Source: Mobula hypostoma (taxonomy: Eukaryota). From it: DNA of 64,000 nt. Location of the stretch: the NCBI RefSeq assembly GCF_963921235.1, contig NC_086106.1, positions 21,576,001-21,640,000 on the forward strand. Reading direction: 5' to 3'. A program made the position numbers and the translations under genes. Of this stretch, positions 50,447 through 64,000 are shown piece after piece (within the stretch, counting starts at the first letter, position 1; every line of letters starts with the position of its first letter). A model generated the notes under the pieces. The model was given only the letters and a program-made list of their open reading frames with translations. It made no database searches and had not been told where the DNA came from.

Positions 50447-50489
50447 GGAGCCAACATGCACAAAAGATGAAAATGAAGAGAAAGTCCAT
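50447..50489 (-). CDS. Leader exon, probably of the V at 48817-49126
   Basis: ATG at 50489, MDFLFIFIFCACWL+c, donor GTGAGT. Splices in frame to the 49126 acceptor (MDFLFIFIFCACWLRQISA-VSVTQ) through a 1320-nt intron. Confidence 0.75.
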
Positions 50490-53400
50490 GTTTTTTTTCA
50501 GTGGTCAGATAGTTTAAGTTACCGGAGTCTGAAGGCTGGTATATTTTGATAGTCTGTTTCTTAAAGGTTCGCTGATTCGATTTTAGAAGAGTGACTAAGT
50601 TCCATCGCAACTATCTTCCAGATGCCCTCAATAGTTGGCAGGGGCCCTAAGCATTAGTGTTGATGCGAGCTACTGGAGGGAGCGATAGTTCAATTATATG
50701 CTTTACTATTGGCTCATCGGAATCAATAATAAAGCCCCTCCTGCAGGGATATATGATACTTGTCATGTGCGGATGCAAGCAGTAGTTAAATGCTGGGAGC
50801 CGTTCATTCGTCAATGCTTACACTCCCATTTGCTCCACGTTCGGTAGGGGTCGGTAGATGTTTTTCTTTCTTTTATGTATTAATGGAAGTGGATTGGAGC
50901 GGAATCACCTTTTATATACGACTTAAAGGATTGGAAAACCACGATGAGATTTCTTCCGAAGAAGAGCTCCACTGTGCCTGTCTCTCTTCCTGCTGCATGA
51001 GGTCTGAGCGTTTGTCTAAAAATGAGACAGTACAAGGAATAACAGAAAATGTATATTTCAGAGGAAAAATGTTTTCCTATGTCACACTTGGAGAGAAATA
51101 AAACAGCAATTTATTTTCCTAAGCCCAGGAACAGCAAGGATTTGCAATTAATAAGTCGCCACACGAGTTAATGAAGCACGGACACATTTCAATGGAAGAA
51201 CAGATGTGATGATAGCATGGATATTTATTTCATATTCCGGACATTATTTTAAGTCGTTAACCTGTTCTGTCTAGCAATAGGACTCTTAAAAACACTTGCG
51301 TTGATTATTCATGAAATTTGCTTAGTGTAAAATTTTGAAATTAGTCTGCTTACAACTCAGTGTCGGTGTTACTGAAATGCAAACTTAGCATGAGATTCGA
51401 CGTGAGTCCCAAGTATAAAATTTGAATGAATTGTTTATCACCAGATCTTAGGTACTTCCATCTGTTCAAACTGATATTGTCATTATAGTTTTGTTGATGT
51501 CACTTAATATCATAAATATTTAATTGGAATCACATAAAGCCATTTTCAAGGGAGCTGGAATGTGAAGTTAACTAGTGATTGTCTCCTTCATATCATGGTC
51601 GGGATGCCGACGTATTGCCAGCTGAGAAGCACAGCTGGACGGCACATGTCCATCGATGAGGTCCGTGGCCTCAATTCTTCCGCACTGTGATCGGTATAGG
51701 GCAATTCAGGGCACATTCCAAATCGATGGAGTGCATTCAGTAGAATCTCCATTAGTACTGCGATGTTGACACTTATGGCAACTGAATCTGACGGACATTG
51801 TAGTAGTACTCTTGGTGCAGCGAATGCGGTCTTAAATCAAAACAGCATCTGATATCGGTCTACATAAGACTTTCAGCCTTCCTGCTATCGAAAAAAAATT
51901 ACCTCTGCTTCACCCAATCCCACACACACCTCTTAAACAAACGATGTAGAAAATCACAAGGAACACGGGCCACCAAAGTGCTCCCTTCAGAACACCATTT
52001 GTCGTTGACTTCTAGTAAGACACTAATTCCTGATAGATCTATGATATCTAAAACCCTCCTCTGTCGTCTGAGGACAAGGCAAGTAATTTTCAAAGCAGAA
52101 CATTCTGAATGCAATGCATGCCTCCTAACGTGCAGTCAAAGCGGAATTCACAAACGAGGATGTAAAATATGCATATATCACATTTACCTCGCTCTTTTTC
52201 AGTTCGCTTTGTCACCTTCCTCACAAAAATAATTGGGCACGTAATACACGACCTTCTGCTGAGAAAATCCTGTTGAAAAGTCCCACAATGCGAAACTTTT
52301 CCAGATGCTCTTAAATCCTATCCCTACGAAACCTCTTCATAGATTGTCCACTATTGACGATATAGTCATTGGACTATAAGTCCTATGATTACTCCTATTT
52401 ATTATTTTGAACATTGGAACAACATTTCATAGCCAAAATCCTCTGTTATGATTTTTGTAGCCAGGAAGGACAAAACTATGATCATTAAAGTCGAAGATTT
52501 ATTTTCCTTGATTTCCACAATATGATACGGGATATACTCTATCTTACAGTCGCTGCGACTTATCGATGCTAATATTTCCAAGAAGCGCCATCACTACAAA
52601 TTTGATAACGATGATACCTTCTAACACACTACACATATCGGCACCATCCTCATATTCTTCAAATCCACTTTCTTTACTCAATACTGAAACCAACATATTC
52701 ATCGAAGTGATAACCTCATCTCTCTTCAGACGTACGGTTTCTCTTTATACGTAAAAGTTTCCACATTCACTCTAGCCATCCTCTTTTTTCTTCACCGTCA
52801 TGTACAATGCCTTGTGGTTCCTTTGATCTTACTCTCCGTCTTTCTCGTGTGACTTTCTACCTCCCCTAGTTCCCACGTGGCTTCCTGTTATTTCTCAAGA
52901 GCCCTGTCGTACTCTTGTTGCCTGAAATTTAACGGTCGTCCTTCTTTCCAGTCATCTGTGGTTTCTTCCCCCACCATCGATTTTCCCTCTCGGTAGTCAA
53001 AATCTAAGCTGAATGCATCCGTAAACACATCCACATTTCCGTTAAGTTGTTCTCACAATTTATCTGTCTAACTTTATGTATATAGACATCTAATTTTGCA
53101 CTTCTAGGTTTATACACTTCCCTACACTCCGTCTTTATCTGTTTCGATCCCTAGACTACAGTTTAAGAGTCGTGATCGTTATATTTGAAATGCGCTCTCA
53201 AGAATTGGAGTGCCATATCATAGGGTTAATTGCCTAGGCGTGATCCAGTAGTGCTTCTGTAGTCGTCCCATGAACTGAGATGATAGTGGGTTTATTGACT
53301 CAGAAGTTCAAAGCTCAAGCGAGGGCGTTGACCCTTGTCAGATAGAAATAGCCGCAAATACACTCACTAAAGGGAGATTGCCCAGTCAGTTAACAATTAT

Positions 53401-53599
53401 TAAAGACTTGTTTCGCTCCTCTTTATTCCTCACGACGAGTTTAGATGCCAATACCCAGGATTTCAGCGCTAGTCTCACTCCCCCTCCCAAGGAGAAGATG
53501 ATATTAACTACCACGTAGTTTAAAACACGAACACAAAATGCAGTTTGGACTCAGTAGGACAGGAAGTAACTATGAAAATCAGTACAGAGGACGTTGCGG

Positions 53600-54930
53600 A
53601 CTGACTCTATTCAGCATTACTGGAGAGAAAGAAAAAAGATGAGAGGTAGAGTTCAAGTCTGGAGGGACCGTAAGGAGAAACGCAAGGTGATAGTTGAAAC
53701 CGGAAGGGTGACAGAGTGTTTAGTAAAGAAATGAGATAAAAAGAGCTTAGATGAGAGAGGGAAAAGGGGATGGGGAATAGTGAAGGTGGGGGCAGGTGGC
53801 CCACTACCGGAAGTGCGAGACCATGGATAGACATATTGGAATGGGAATGGGAAAAGTAATTATAATGCACAGCCATTGGGAGATCCTGTTTTTTTCCAGC
53901 GACAAAGCATAGGTGCTTGGCGAAGCGGTGCTCCAATCTATATTGGGTCTCACCGATAAACAGAAAGCCGTTCGAGAAAGGCACTGGACACAGTATATGA
54001 CCCAGTAGACTAGCAAATATGTGTCGCCTCACCACAAGCACTGTTTATGGGCCAAGAATGGTAGTGAGGAATCAGATATATGCGCAGGGTTAGCTATTGT
54101 TCCGCTTGCAAGGATAAGTCTCAAGAGGGAGATTTGTGGGGGGCCGAATGGACAATGAAGTCGCGTAGGGAGCGATCCCTGTGGAAAACAGAGCGTGGAG
54201 GTGAAGAACATATAAGCTTTGTAGAGGGATCCTACACTATACCGATGACTGCATTGGTCGTCTTCATCCACTTTGCCTCCAACTTCCACCCTGCCCTGAA
54301 AATCACCTGATCTATTTCTGACACGCACTCCTCTTTCTCAGTGTCTCTCTTCTGGAGAGAGCTTTTCTACTGAAGTATATAAGAAACCCACAGACTCCCA
54401 TAGTTACCTGGACTATAACACCTCCCGCCCAGTTACTTATAAAAAGCGTGATCCCCTTCTGTCAGTTCCTCCTTCTCCACCTCGTCTGCTCTCAGGATGA
54501 GGCTTTGCATTCCAGGACTGAGGAGATGTCCACCTTCTTCAAGGAAAGGGGCATCACTTCCTCCATCAACAACGCTTCCCTAAACTGCATGTCTTCCGGT
54601 TCATATATTTATTCCTTCACCCAAATCTTCCTGCATACTTCTGCCATCTTAGCATGGATAGAGCTTCTCGTCATCACCTACCAGATTCATAATTCTCCTC
54701 ATAGTCCGCCATTTGCAATGTGATGCAGCCAGCAAACACATCTTTCCCCAACTCCTGCATTTGGCTTGGCGAATGGATCGCTCCCGATGGAATTCCATTG
54801 TCCATTCATCCCTCTCCACAAATCTCTCTCCTGCTTATGCTTGCGAATGTACCAACTGCTACACCTACCCATACACCTCCTCCCTCACTGTCAGTTTGGG
54901 CTTAAACTGTCTTTGCAGGTGAGGATACAC
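53600..54930. mobile_element. Decayed Penelope-like fragments in opposite orientations
   Basis: 53607..54041(-) FIGETQYRLEHRFAKHL (GIY-YIG). 54448..54723(+) IPFCQFLLLHLVCSQDEALHSRT. Confidence 0.75.
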
Positions 54931-54959
54931 AAAGCCAGCAAAGCTGCTGGGTTCATATA

Positions 54960-55970
54960 GCCATATAACCATATGAACATATAACAATTACAGCACGGAA
55001 ACAGGACATCTCGGCCATTCTAGTCCGTGCCGATCTCTTACGCTCATCTAGTCCCACCGACCTGCACTCAGACCATAAGCCTCCATTCCTTTCCTGTCCA
55101 TATTGCTGTCCAATTTAACTTTAAACGACAATATCGATCCTGTCTCAACCACTTCTGCTGGCAGCTCGTTCCACACAGTACCACTCTCTGAGTAAAGAAG
55201 TCCCCACCCCCCATGTTACCCCTAAAATTTTGCTCTTTAACTCTCACCTCATGTCCTCTTGTTTGAACCTATCCCACTCACAATGGGAAATGTCTATTAA
55301 CGTCAACTCTATCTGACCCATTTATAATTTGAAATACCTCTATCCAGTTCTCCCTCAACCTTCTACGTTCAAAAGAATAAAGACCCAATTTGTTCAACCT
55401 TTCTCTGTAACTTAGGTGATAAAATCCAGGTAATAATCTATGAAATCTTCTCTGTACTCTCTCTATTTTGTTGACAACTTTCCTATAATTCGTTGACCAA
55501 AACTGTACACATTAGTCCAAATCTGGCTTCACCAATGCCTTGAACAACTTCAACATTACAACCCAACTCCTATACTTAATGGTCTGATTTCTAAAGGCCA
55601 GCATGCTAAAAGCTTTCTTCACCACCTTATCCACATGAAATGTCACCTTCAGGGAACGATGCACCATTATTCCTAGATCCCTCTGTTCTTCTGCATTCTT
55701 CAATATCCTACCATTTACCACTTAGGTCCTATTTTGATTAGTCCTATAAAAATATAGCACCACACATTTATCAGCATTAAACTCCATCTGCCATCTTTCA
55801 GCGCACTCTTCTAACTGGCCCAAATCTTTCTGCAAGCTTTGAAAACTTACTTCATTATTCACAACTCCACCTATCTTAGTATCATCTGCATACTTACTCA
55901 TCCAATTTACTACCCCATCATCCAGATCATTAATGTATATGACAAATACATTGGACCCAGTACAGATCCC
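54960..55970 (-). mobile_element. CR1 LINE 3' fragment
   Basis: ORFs 55512..55721 (EQRDLGIMVHRSLKV) and 55722..56120 (FVIYINDLDDGVVNWMSKYADDTKIGG; RT YADD motif). Confidence 0.85.
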
Positions 55971-56420
55971 TGAGATAATATACAGTGTGTAGTCCTCTCT
56001 CGGTGGCCTTCCGTATATCGGTGAGACCGAACGGTAGACTGGGAAACCGCTTCGTCGACCATCTACACACTGTCTGCCATAAAAAGGGGAATCTCCCAGT
56101 GGCCATCCATTTAATTCCACTTCCCATTCATGTTTCGATTTTTCTATCTATAGCTTCCTCTAAGGCTGTCTTGAGGCCGCACTCAGGTTTTAGGAATAAC
56201 TCTTATTTGCAGCCAGCAACTTGATGGCATGAACAGAGATTTGTCGAAATTCTGGTTATGTACTCTGCCTCTCTTTGAACATTCCCCATTCCTTTTGACC
56301 CTCACATTACCATCTTGCTATTCCTCCTCATCTTTTCTTGAGTTCTTGGGCTTCTGTCCTCTACAACAGAATTCGTTTTATTTTCCAGCCCTGTGTCTCC
56401 TTCAGCAAACACCTTCCAAG
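55970..56420 (+). mobile_element. Penelope-like GIY-YIG/3' fragment
   Basis: YIGETERRLGNRFVDHL-type remnant homologous to 663-900. Confidence 0.65.
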
Positions 56421-56560
56421 CATCTTAACCCCGTGTTTAACGGTTTCACTGATCAACTTTTTTTTTCCCCGGACCTGTTATCCCGCCTTTCAACTCAACA
56501 CCTCATCTTTTCATTTTCTCCAATCCCGCGGAGGGATCTCGACCAGTATGTCGACTATAC

Positions 56561-57610
56561 CAGTGGTCCCCAACCACCGGTCCGCAGACCATGTGCTACT
56601 GGGCCGAGAGGAAGCGATATGATTTGGCGATATAAGTCAGCTGCACCTTACCGCATTCCCTGCCACGGTCACTGATCAGCCATTACGCATGCGAGGTCAT
56701 GAGCCGCGCGTCATCCGTGTCAGGGCGGGAAGGTGATCAACTCCTCGAGCTTGCAAATGACAACGGGCTGAAAAGTATGTTTGACATAACATCTCTGTCG
56801 GCATTTTGGAGCAAAGTCAAGGCTAAATATCTGAGATAGCCACGAAAGCACTGAACACGTTGCTTCCATTTTCAACATTTTTCCGCGAAGCGGAGTTTTC
56901 TGCAATGAATGCAACGAAAACTAAACTGCGGAATAGACTGGACATCAGGAACCCCGTTCGAGTATCGATGTCTCCCATCACGCCTCGATAAGACGGTGTT
57001 GTTGCAGGGAATCAAGCCCAGGGCTCCCACTGATTCAGCGATATTGGTGTGTTGCAATGATTTTATATATTCATACTGGGAAAATATGTGCCGTGCGATT
57101 AATATCCAAATATTACTTAAAATGTTATGATGCTATTGACTTGTAAGTGACCTATATAACCATATAACAATTACAGCACGGTAACAGGCCATCTCGGCCC
57201 TTCTAGTACGTGCCGAACGCTACTCTCACCTAGCCCTGCCGACCTGCACTCAGCCCATACCCTTCCATTCCTTTTCTGTTCATATACCTATCCAATTTTT
57301 CCATAAATGATCATATCGAACCTGCTTCTGCCACTTCTATTGGAAGTTCGTTCAATGCTCACTTCAAGCTCCCCTGATAATTGACTTATCATTATATCCA
57401 TGCGAGGAAAATGTGCGCTCTGTGTTTAATATTAAATTCGTTAGATAAACCCTCTTAGAAACAAAATTGAGTGTATTACCCACTTATCACCTATATTCTG
57501 ATAGTGATTAACACCCATCCCCACAAGCAGAATCGCCAAAAAGGAGTTGCTTGGGGGGCTTGGGGTGCAAGGGGGCGGCGGGGTGGAAATCGCACATCAC
57601 GACGCGCATG
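56561..57610 (+). mobile_element. Non-autonomous hAT DNA transposon relic, interrupted by a CR1 3' end at about 57158-57360
   Basis: TIR-like start CAGTGGTCCCCAACC at 56561. hAT dimerisation-domain remnant LLPFST..REAEFSAMNATKTKLRNRLDIR at about 56860-56950. Confidence 0.75.
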
Positions 57611-60600
57611 CTCATTGTTGCCCCCGCAGGACTTCATGGTCATTGTAGTGTTTTGGGTAAACAACGCATTTGACTGCTGCTCTTGTCCGTTGGCACCCCT
57701 ACCCAATCAGTCTATCAGTCTATTTCTGATTCAGCCAATTGTGTTGCATGTACTTTCCCCACAGCCACATTCTACTTAGGCAGAATTATCACCTGTCATA
57801 TGTTTTTACTTTTTCAACCTGTAACTCAGATCCGTTCTAGCATCCATGGTTTGAATACCAGCAGCGGCAAATAGAAACGTGAAATCTGTCATCTTCAGAT
57901 CGATCAATCACTATTTCGCAGCCAGCCATTTCAAAGTGATGGCTTCATTCAGAATAAAGCGTTATTTAATTGGAGAATACATCAGGAGTGGTATTTGCCT
58001 CTCCCACAGTTGCGTGTTTGGATCTACAAAACTAGATATTTTTGGAAATATTGAAAACAGGTGAGTGCAATTCCATGGTAATTTCTGCCGTACCATCAGA
58101 AGCAGGGACATGCTGCAGCTTTAACGTTCAAAGCACAATGAAATTAGAGGGTGGTAGGCTATATCGTTGACTATTAACGTATGCTTGATGTGACAATGTG
58201 ACAATATGATTTTACTGTATAATATTTACCTTTCAAAGAATGATTGCTCTGCACGTGAAATTTACCGTGTTTCATTTTATCTTCTAAAGAAACAAAATGG
58301 ATTGATACACGTTGCTTACTTCAAATCAGAATATAATTATTACATGCAGATTGGATTAATCAATAGCACCATATTGTCACAACCATCGATTCGGCAGCGC
58401 AGCATATACGGCAACTGCACTCGTGAATATGCACGTGTTAGCTAATTATTATGTCATTATCACAATATTTAACTCCATTCATTCCGTCGTAGTGTTTGTC
58501 GAGACGTGGAAAGGGCAACGCTTCGCTGCATGCTTGCATTCCGCCTTGCCTGCTATATTGGACTCTCGAATCAACTGACTCTGAAGACTAACGTCTATGA
58601 GCTAACGACCTGCTTCAGTGTCTGTCACTCCGCACATGGGCCATATCCGAACCTTGTGCAGCATGTCTCGGCACCAGAAAGATGGAGCCAGCAGAGATAG
58701 GGCAGCTGACCTTGGCCATGAGATTCATTAGTCAGAGTGATTCATCGAGGCAACAAATGTTCCGTTGAAATAACTATGCATAAACTCATGTTTCTGTCTC
58801 AATCGTGACAGAAGGACCTTGCCAGGTAATGGACCAGGTGAAATTTGAACAGTGACGTATTGACCTTGTCGGTTTGAGGAGAGAATGCGTTTATTCTCAG
58901 TGCATGTACTGTCTCTACATTCCGAGAAACCAGAGTCTACATACTGAGTTTCTCTACACTATATCGAGTTTCTCCAGACTACATTGAGTTTCTTCGGTAT
59001 CCATTCCAAGTCTTTCAATTTACAAGTACCCATGTTCCCTGCTTTGGGGTCCTGTGACTCAGGTCTGCATAACAAATGAGCGTTTCAAGCAAGCTTATCA
59101 AATTATTTAACAAAACATCATTCAAGACATCATGTAAATTCTGGAACAGCTCGACGCCAAAAGCTGATTCTAAGCCTATAAGGAGTATTTTTAGCCTCTT
59201 GATTAAAGTCATGGTACAAACGGAGAATATTGAACATTCATGTAGCAAATTAAGTAGATCTACAGAGAGACAGCTGGCTTAGAGATGAAAGAAACTAGTC
59301 TATGCCGTTTTGATCTCTAAAACTGAGAGAATATCGTAATTGTCTCTGGAAAAATTAGTAAAAGTTAAAACAATGTGAGCAATATTTGAAAAGGTTCCTT
59401 CTCTGGACAGGAGGAGGAGGGATGGAGCCAAGAGCTGGACAGTTGATTGGCAAAAGGGAATTGAGAGGATCATGGGTCGACCCATGATTCACCAGCAACT
59501 TCTATGTGTGTTGCTTGAAATTCCATCATCTGCAGATTTCCTCGTGTTTGTGTTATCATGGCTTCTGGAGTGTGCTCTTCTAGACCACAATATAACTAAT
59601 GTCCCCACAGTTTCTACCCTAATTTCGCTGCTGCTCATCTAGTTTTTTTTTAATGCATTTCAGAGTAAGCCATTAACCTATCAATTAACCTATCTCTCTT
59701 TACATCCTATACAGTGACTCAGGCATCGCTTTATATCACACTCTACAAATACTCTCTAATTTTAATGATATCAGAATGCTGCACCTGATATCGATAATAC
59801 ATATGGAGATAGACACTATCTCCAATAATGTGTATAGAAGAAGTTGGATCAGGCACAGATATTTTTGTTGCGGCTGCATACATCTGCAACTACTTCAGGT
59901 TAACGTTGCCTTTCCCCAATGTTTGAATAATCGGTCTTAAGTGCAGTGAAACACGGAATCACAGCTATCATTTGTGAGGAACATAACGAAAAGGAGAAAA
60001 GGAAGAAATCCCAAGAAACTTTTATTGTTGGTCAACATGAAGAAACAATATAAAACACTGCCTAGCAACAGGTCTCACATTTGCCAGCCCAAGTCCTTAT
60101 TGTGTACTTGATGCATCATTCAGGTTGAATTCAAATTTGGCTTTTCACTAATATAGATGTACCAGCAAGCTGAGGCACTAGAAAGACCGGCATTCAAACA
60201 AAGCACATGCGCTTACCTTTCTGCTTAACAAAAGTTTCAAGTGTCCAATATAGCCTGCCCCACACACCAAAAAAGGCAAAATAATTTCGGTGAACGTTAC
60301 TGGCTGAATGCTGTCAGTGATACGTCAAATTGTCAGTAAATCTAGAAAGAAAGTTACCTGCAACCCATGTTGATCAACAGGAGGACGTGGGGATTATAAA
60401 GATTAAGCAATATTGCGTTCAGGGTTCTGCAATGCAATGTCTCAAACTATTCATCTCTCCCCCATTCCAGACAGAGCATATGAAGAGGAATATTCCCATT
60501 GCACACATGCTGTGTTACAACCACGATTAACGATTAGATAAAGCAAAATTGATTTATTATGCATAATGTGTGTCCATTTGGTCATTTGGTTGTCATCCTC

Positions 60601-61199
60601 GAAATATCCCATCCATTCAGACGGATGACAGTGACATTACTCATGGAATATAAAGGAAACTTCTTCAATACTGCGCCTTCAAATTCACCAGAGGAATCAG
60701 AGCCATTGGTTATAAACATGAACACTTAACAACTTCATCCCTTTGAATGCATCAGATATGGTTAGCATGAATACACTGTCAAAGTGATTTGGAGTTTTCA
60801 CAGTAAATACTGCGGGCCAGGATTAGCGTGTTCTCTCAAATGTGTCACGTAAATTCCACAAAACTGTATTAGATACAACCGACCAATGGAGAGCACTATC
60901 ATTTCAGACGATATTATTGCAAATGGATTAGAGTAGACGATATGCAAATTTAGAATATATGGGATACAATAACCCATATCTTCCACCATGTCTCAACCAT
61001 CTTTTTAACGGAACGGCTCGGCAACAACACACCATCTTGTGTGCCCCGAAATAGTTTCCTATGTTAGAGACAACTATCATCTATACAGTTTCATCTAACA
61101 GTACCAGAGTAATTACAACAAAAAACATGACAGAGATTTTTTTATTTATTATTCCATGTGATGAAGGAGAAGGAGGAGGAAGATGGGGAGATCGGTGCC

Positions 61200-62400
61200 G
61201 AGAATAATAATAGACATTTTGAAGTAATGGATGAGATCTTCATGAGGAATAAGGCGTATTTACCGAAGGCTTGAAGGCCTATACAGCAGGTTATGGAAAG
61301 AGACAAATGAAACAGTTCCTGGGGTCTTAACTACTATATTCCTGCGCTCAGTCGTCAGAAGTATGAGAAGTAACTAATATTGTTCTATTGTTTAGATATT
61401 ACCATGGAAACCATAGACCGGTCTCACATCAAGAATAGGGAATATGCTGGAGTGAATTCTTATGGAGATGATCAATGAGCAATACCATTTCCTAATTAGT
61501 GCGAGTCAGCATCGCTTTGTGCTGTGTAAGTCATGTCTTACTAAGTATATAGATATTGTTTTTTTTTAAAATATACGGAAATATGAAGACTGTGATCGAT
61601 GAGCAAAAGCTGGTGGTGTTGTGATAGCGTAAAATACTGGGAAAGGAAAGAACGGAATACAGATCATTGGCAGATATGAGCAGAACAATGGAGAATTGCA
61701 CTAAACTCTGCAGTTTGTTAGAGGAAATCTAAAGAGACAACACACTCTTCATGACAGGGCAATCGGGAGCGTTGATGAGCACAGGCGTCTTGGGCAGAAG
61801 TTCATAGCTCCATGAACGGGCCTACAGAATTTGATAGGTTGTTTGAAAAGATATATGGCAGCTTGCCTTTATTCTTCGAGGCATTGTATTCAGACGTCAC
61901 GAAGTCACGTTGCAGCTTTATGAAATTCCATATAGGACGCACATGAATTATTCATTCAGTTCTGGTTACCCCTTTAAAGGAAAGACGTCGCGGCTTTGAG
62001 GACGTTGTGGAAAGTACTTGCAAAGATATTGTTTCGATTAGAGGGCATTTGGTAGTGCAAGAGATTGGATAAAGGTTGGTTGTTTTATCTGGAGTGACAG
62101 AGGCTGAAGGGAGATGAATAGACATGTATAAGTTTATGAAAAGCTTAGATAAGTAGGAAAACCACATATTTTTCCCTGGTTTGAATTGTCGAATACCCCT
62201 GGGCATTCATTTAACGTGGGACAGGATAATTTTCAAGGAAATGTGAGAGGCGAGTATTATCTGTTAACAGATTTTGATTATGTTTGAAATACACTGACGG
62301 GTGTAGTGATAGACGCAGATGCAGGAGGGACTTCTAAGAGACGTTTAGGTTAGAACATAAATGTTAGGAAAAAAGACGGATATGGACATCGTGCCGGCAT
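61200..62400 (+). mobile_element. Decayed CR1 LINE
   Basis: Degenerate CR1 RT and 3' motifs running to a 3'-UTR-like end. Many stops. Confidence 0.6.
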
Positions 62401-62559
62401 AACGGAATACTTTAGTTGTCCATTTGATTACTAATTAATTGTTTGAATAAAATATTTCGGGTAGAAGTACCTATTCCTCAAATGCACTGTTCTATGCTGA
62501 AGTAAAAATTTGAAGTTCAATAGTTATTTAACCAGACATTGATTCCCATGACACAACCT

Positions 62560-63010
62560 TGGGTCCAAGGTGTAAAACACAGTACCAACATTGTTGCTTT
62601 TTGTTGCCTTACCTTAGTTTTCAAAAACCTCTAATCCTCTAAATTTCTAAATATTTCCTCATCTTATGCACGCTATTTATTTTTGTTTTGCCATTCTCTT
62701 CCTTTATCAGACGCTCTCTATATTTCTTTTGTGTCTTTCTCTTCCTTTATCAGCTACGATTACTTAATTGATCTATGATCAAACAGAATATGCTCAACAA
62801 AACAGTCGCGTATGCATTCTATAACTTCTACTTCTTGGGATGCAGTTCCAACCTGGTTTTGGCAATCTATCTGCATATTGAAATACCCCATGACTATCGT
62901 AACACTGCCGATTTTACATGCCATTAATATATCCCGTTCTCATTTGCCCACCATCGTGGCTACTTTTCGGAGGCTATACTGCCATCAGGGTATTTTTACC
63001 CTTGCAATTT
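62560..63010 (-). mobile_element. CR1 endonuclease-region fragment
   Basis: Minus-strand GNVTIVMGYFNMQIDCQNQVG corresponds to the CR1 EN motif ..IMGDFN..IDW..Q.G. Confidence 0.6.
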
Positions 63011-64000
63011 CTTAACCAGATCCATAAGGATTCTTGATCCTATGACAACTCGTCAGAAGGATTTCATGCTGAAAGTTATACCTGCCCTTAACAATGTACA
63101 ATCATTGTTGTCAAACACAATGCTGTCTCTGCGTAGGCAACTGTACAATTGGAACCACTTTCCAATATCGATATTCGGCGGTTTTTTACTTCTCAGATTA
63201 TGTAGTGGAGTGGTTGTGGAGACATGGTGTTAAGATCTCAGACAAAATCATGAATCAAAAAGTTGAGTATAGTGCGACAGGTGTCCTGAGATGCGTAAAC
63301 GTCATTGCACACAATATCGTTGGAACGCCTTCGATTATAGTATTCAAGTTATTAGTGAGACTTGATTGAAGAAGGGCATAACTGGCAGCTCCCTGGACGG
63401 GGAGGGGAATTAAAGGAGGACGGGTGGTTACTATATAGGGAAAATGACAGGAAGGACTGGATAACTTGTCAGGTGAGGCGTTATGGGTGGGATTGAGTAA
63501 TAATAAACATATAAACACGTTAACGTGGTAAATTACAAACAACCCAACAGTCCGAAGAGTTTAGAGTAACACGTTTGCTAGGAGAACGCGGACAGTTGCA
63601 AGACAATAAAATAAACAATCCTGTTATAGAAAGTGACTTTATTTTTAGTGCATGCTGGCTGCAATTCCGATAATTTAAATGTATTATATGGGATATAATT
63701 TGTCAAATATGTTCAGAAAAAAAATGTTTATTTAATCAGTACTTTCAAGTGCCAACGAGAAAGGGTGCGATACTTTATCTGACATGGAATGTGATAGGAA
63801 GGTGACGGAAGTAACTTTAGAGGATCACTTTGTACGTAGTGTTCACAATCCCGTTAGCTTCAAAATAAACGTGCAAGCCGATAGTTCTGGTCACCTCACT
63901 ATAGGAAGGATGTGGAAGCATTGGAAAGGGTACAGAGGAGATTTACCAGGATGCTGCCTGGTTTAGAAAGTATGCATTATGATCAGAGATTAAGGGAGCT

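Noticed and set aside
60200-60290. Strong donor GTAAG after a hydrophobic frame (IILPFLVCGAG...)
   Set aside because: There is no ATG, acceptor, RSS or J motif, so an exon cannot be supported.

Overview
Eukaryotic, repeat-rich DNA from a cartilaginous fish (the repeat content suggests a ray; this is inference), lying in the V-segment region of the T-cell receptor alpha/delta locus. All immune gene segments are on the minus strand. The main result is an apparently complete NAR-TCR cassette at 5960-9029. It reads leader exon > IgNAR-like V exon > D > J, with IgH-type 12/12 and 23 recombination signal sequences (RSSs), and the J splices in frame to a leaderless TCR delta-type supporting V with its own 23-RSS. 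Both V domains carry the extra cysteines expected for an inter-domain disulfide. A second, conventional TCR V gene (leader 50447-50489, V exon 48817-49126, 23-RSS) lies about 40 kb upstream. The rest of the window is mostly decayed mobile DNA: Penelope-like elements (including a palindromic copy with a target-site duplication, TSD), CR1, Rex1 and RTE LINEs, a Gypsy chromovirus, an endogenous retrovirus relic with pol, integrase, env and polypurine tract, and a hAT relic. Most short ORFs in the track are spurious or transposon-derived. Repeat boundaries are approximate because they were read by eye.
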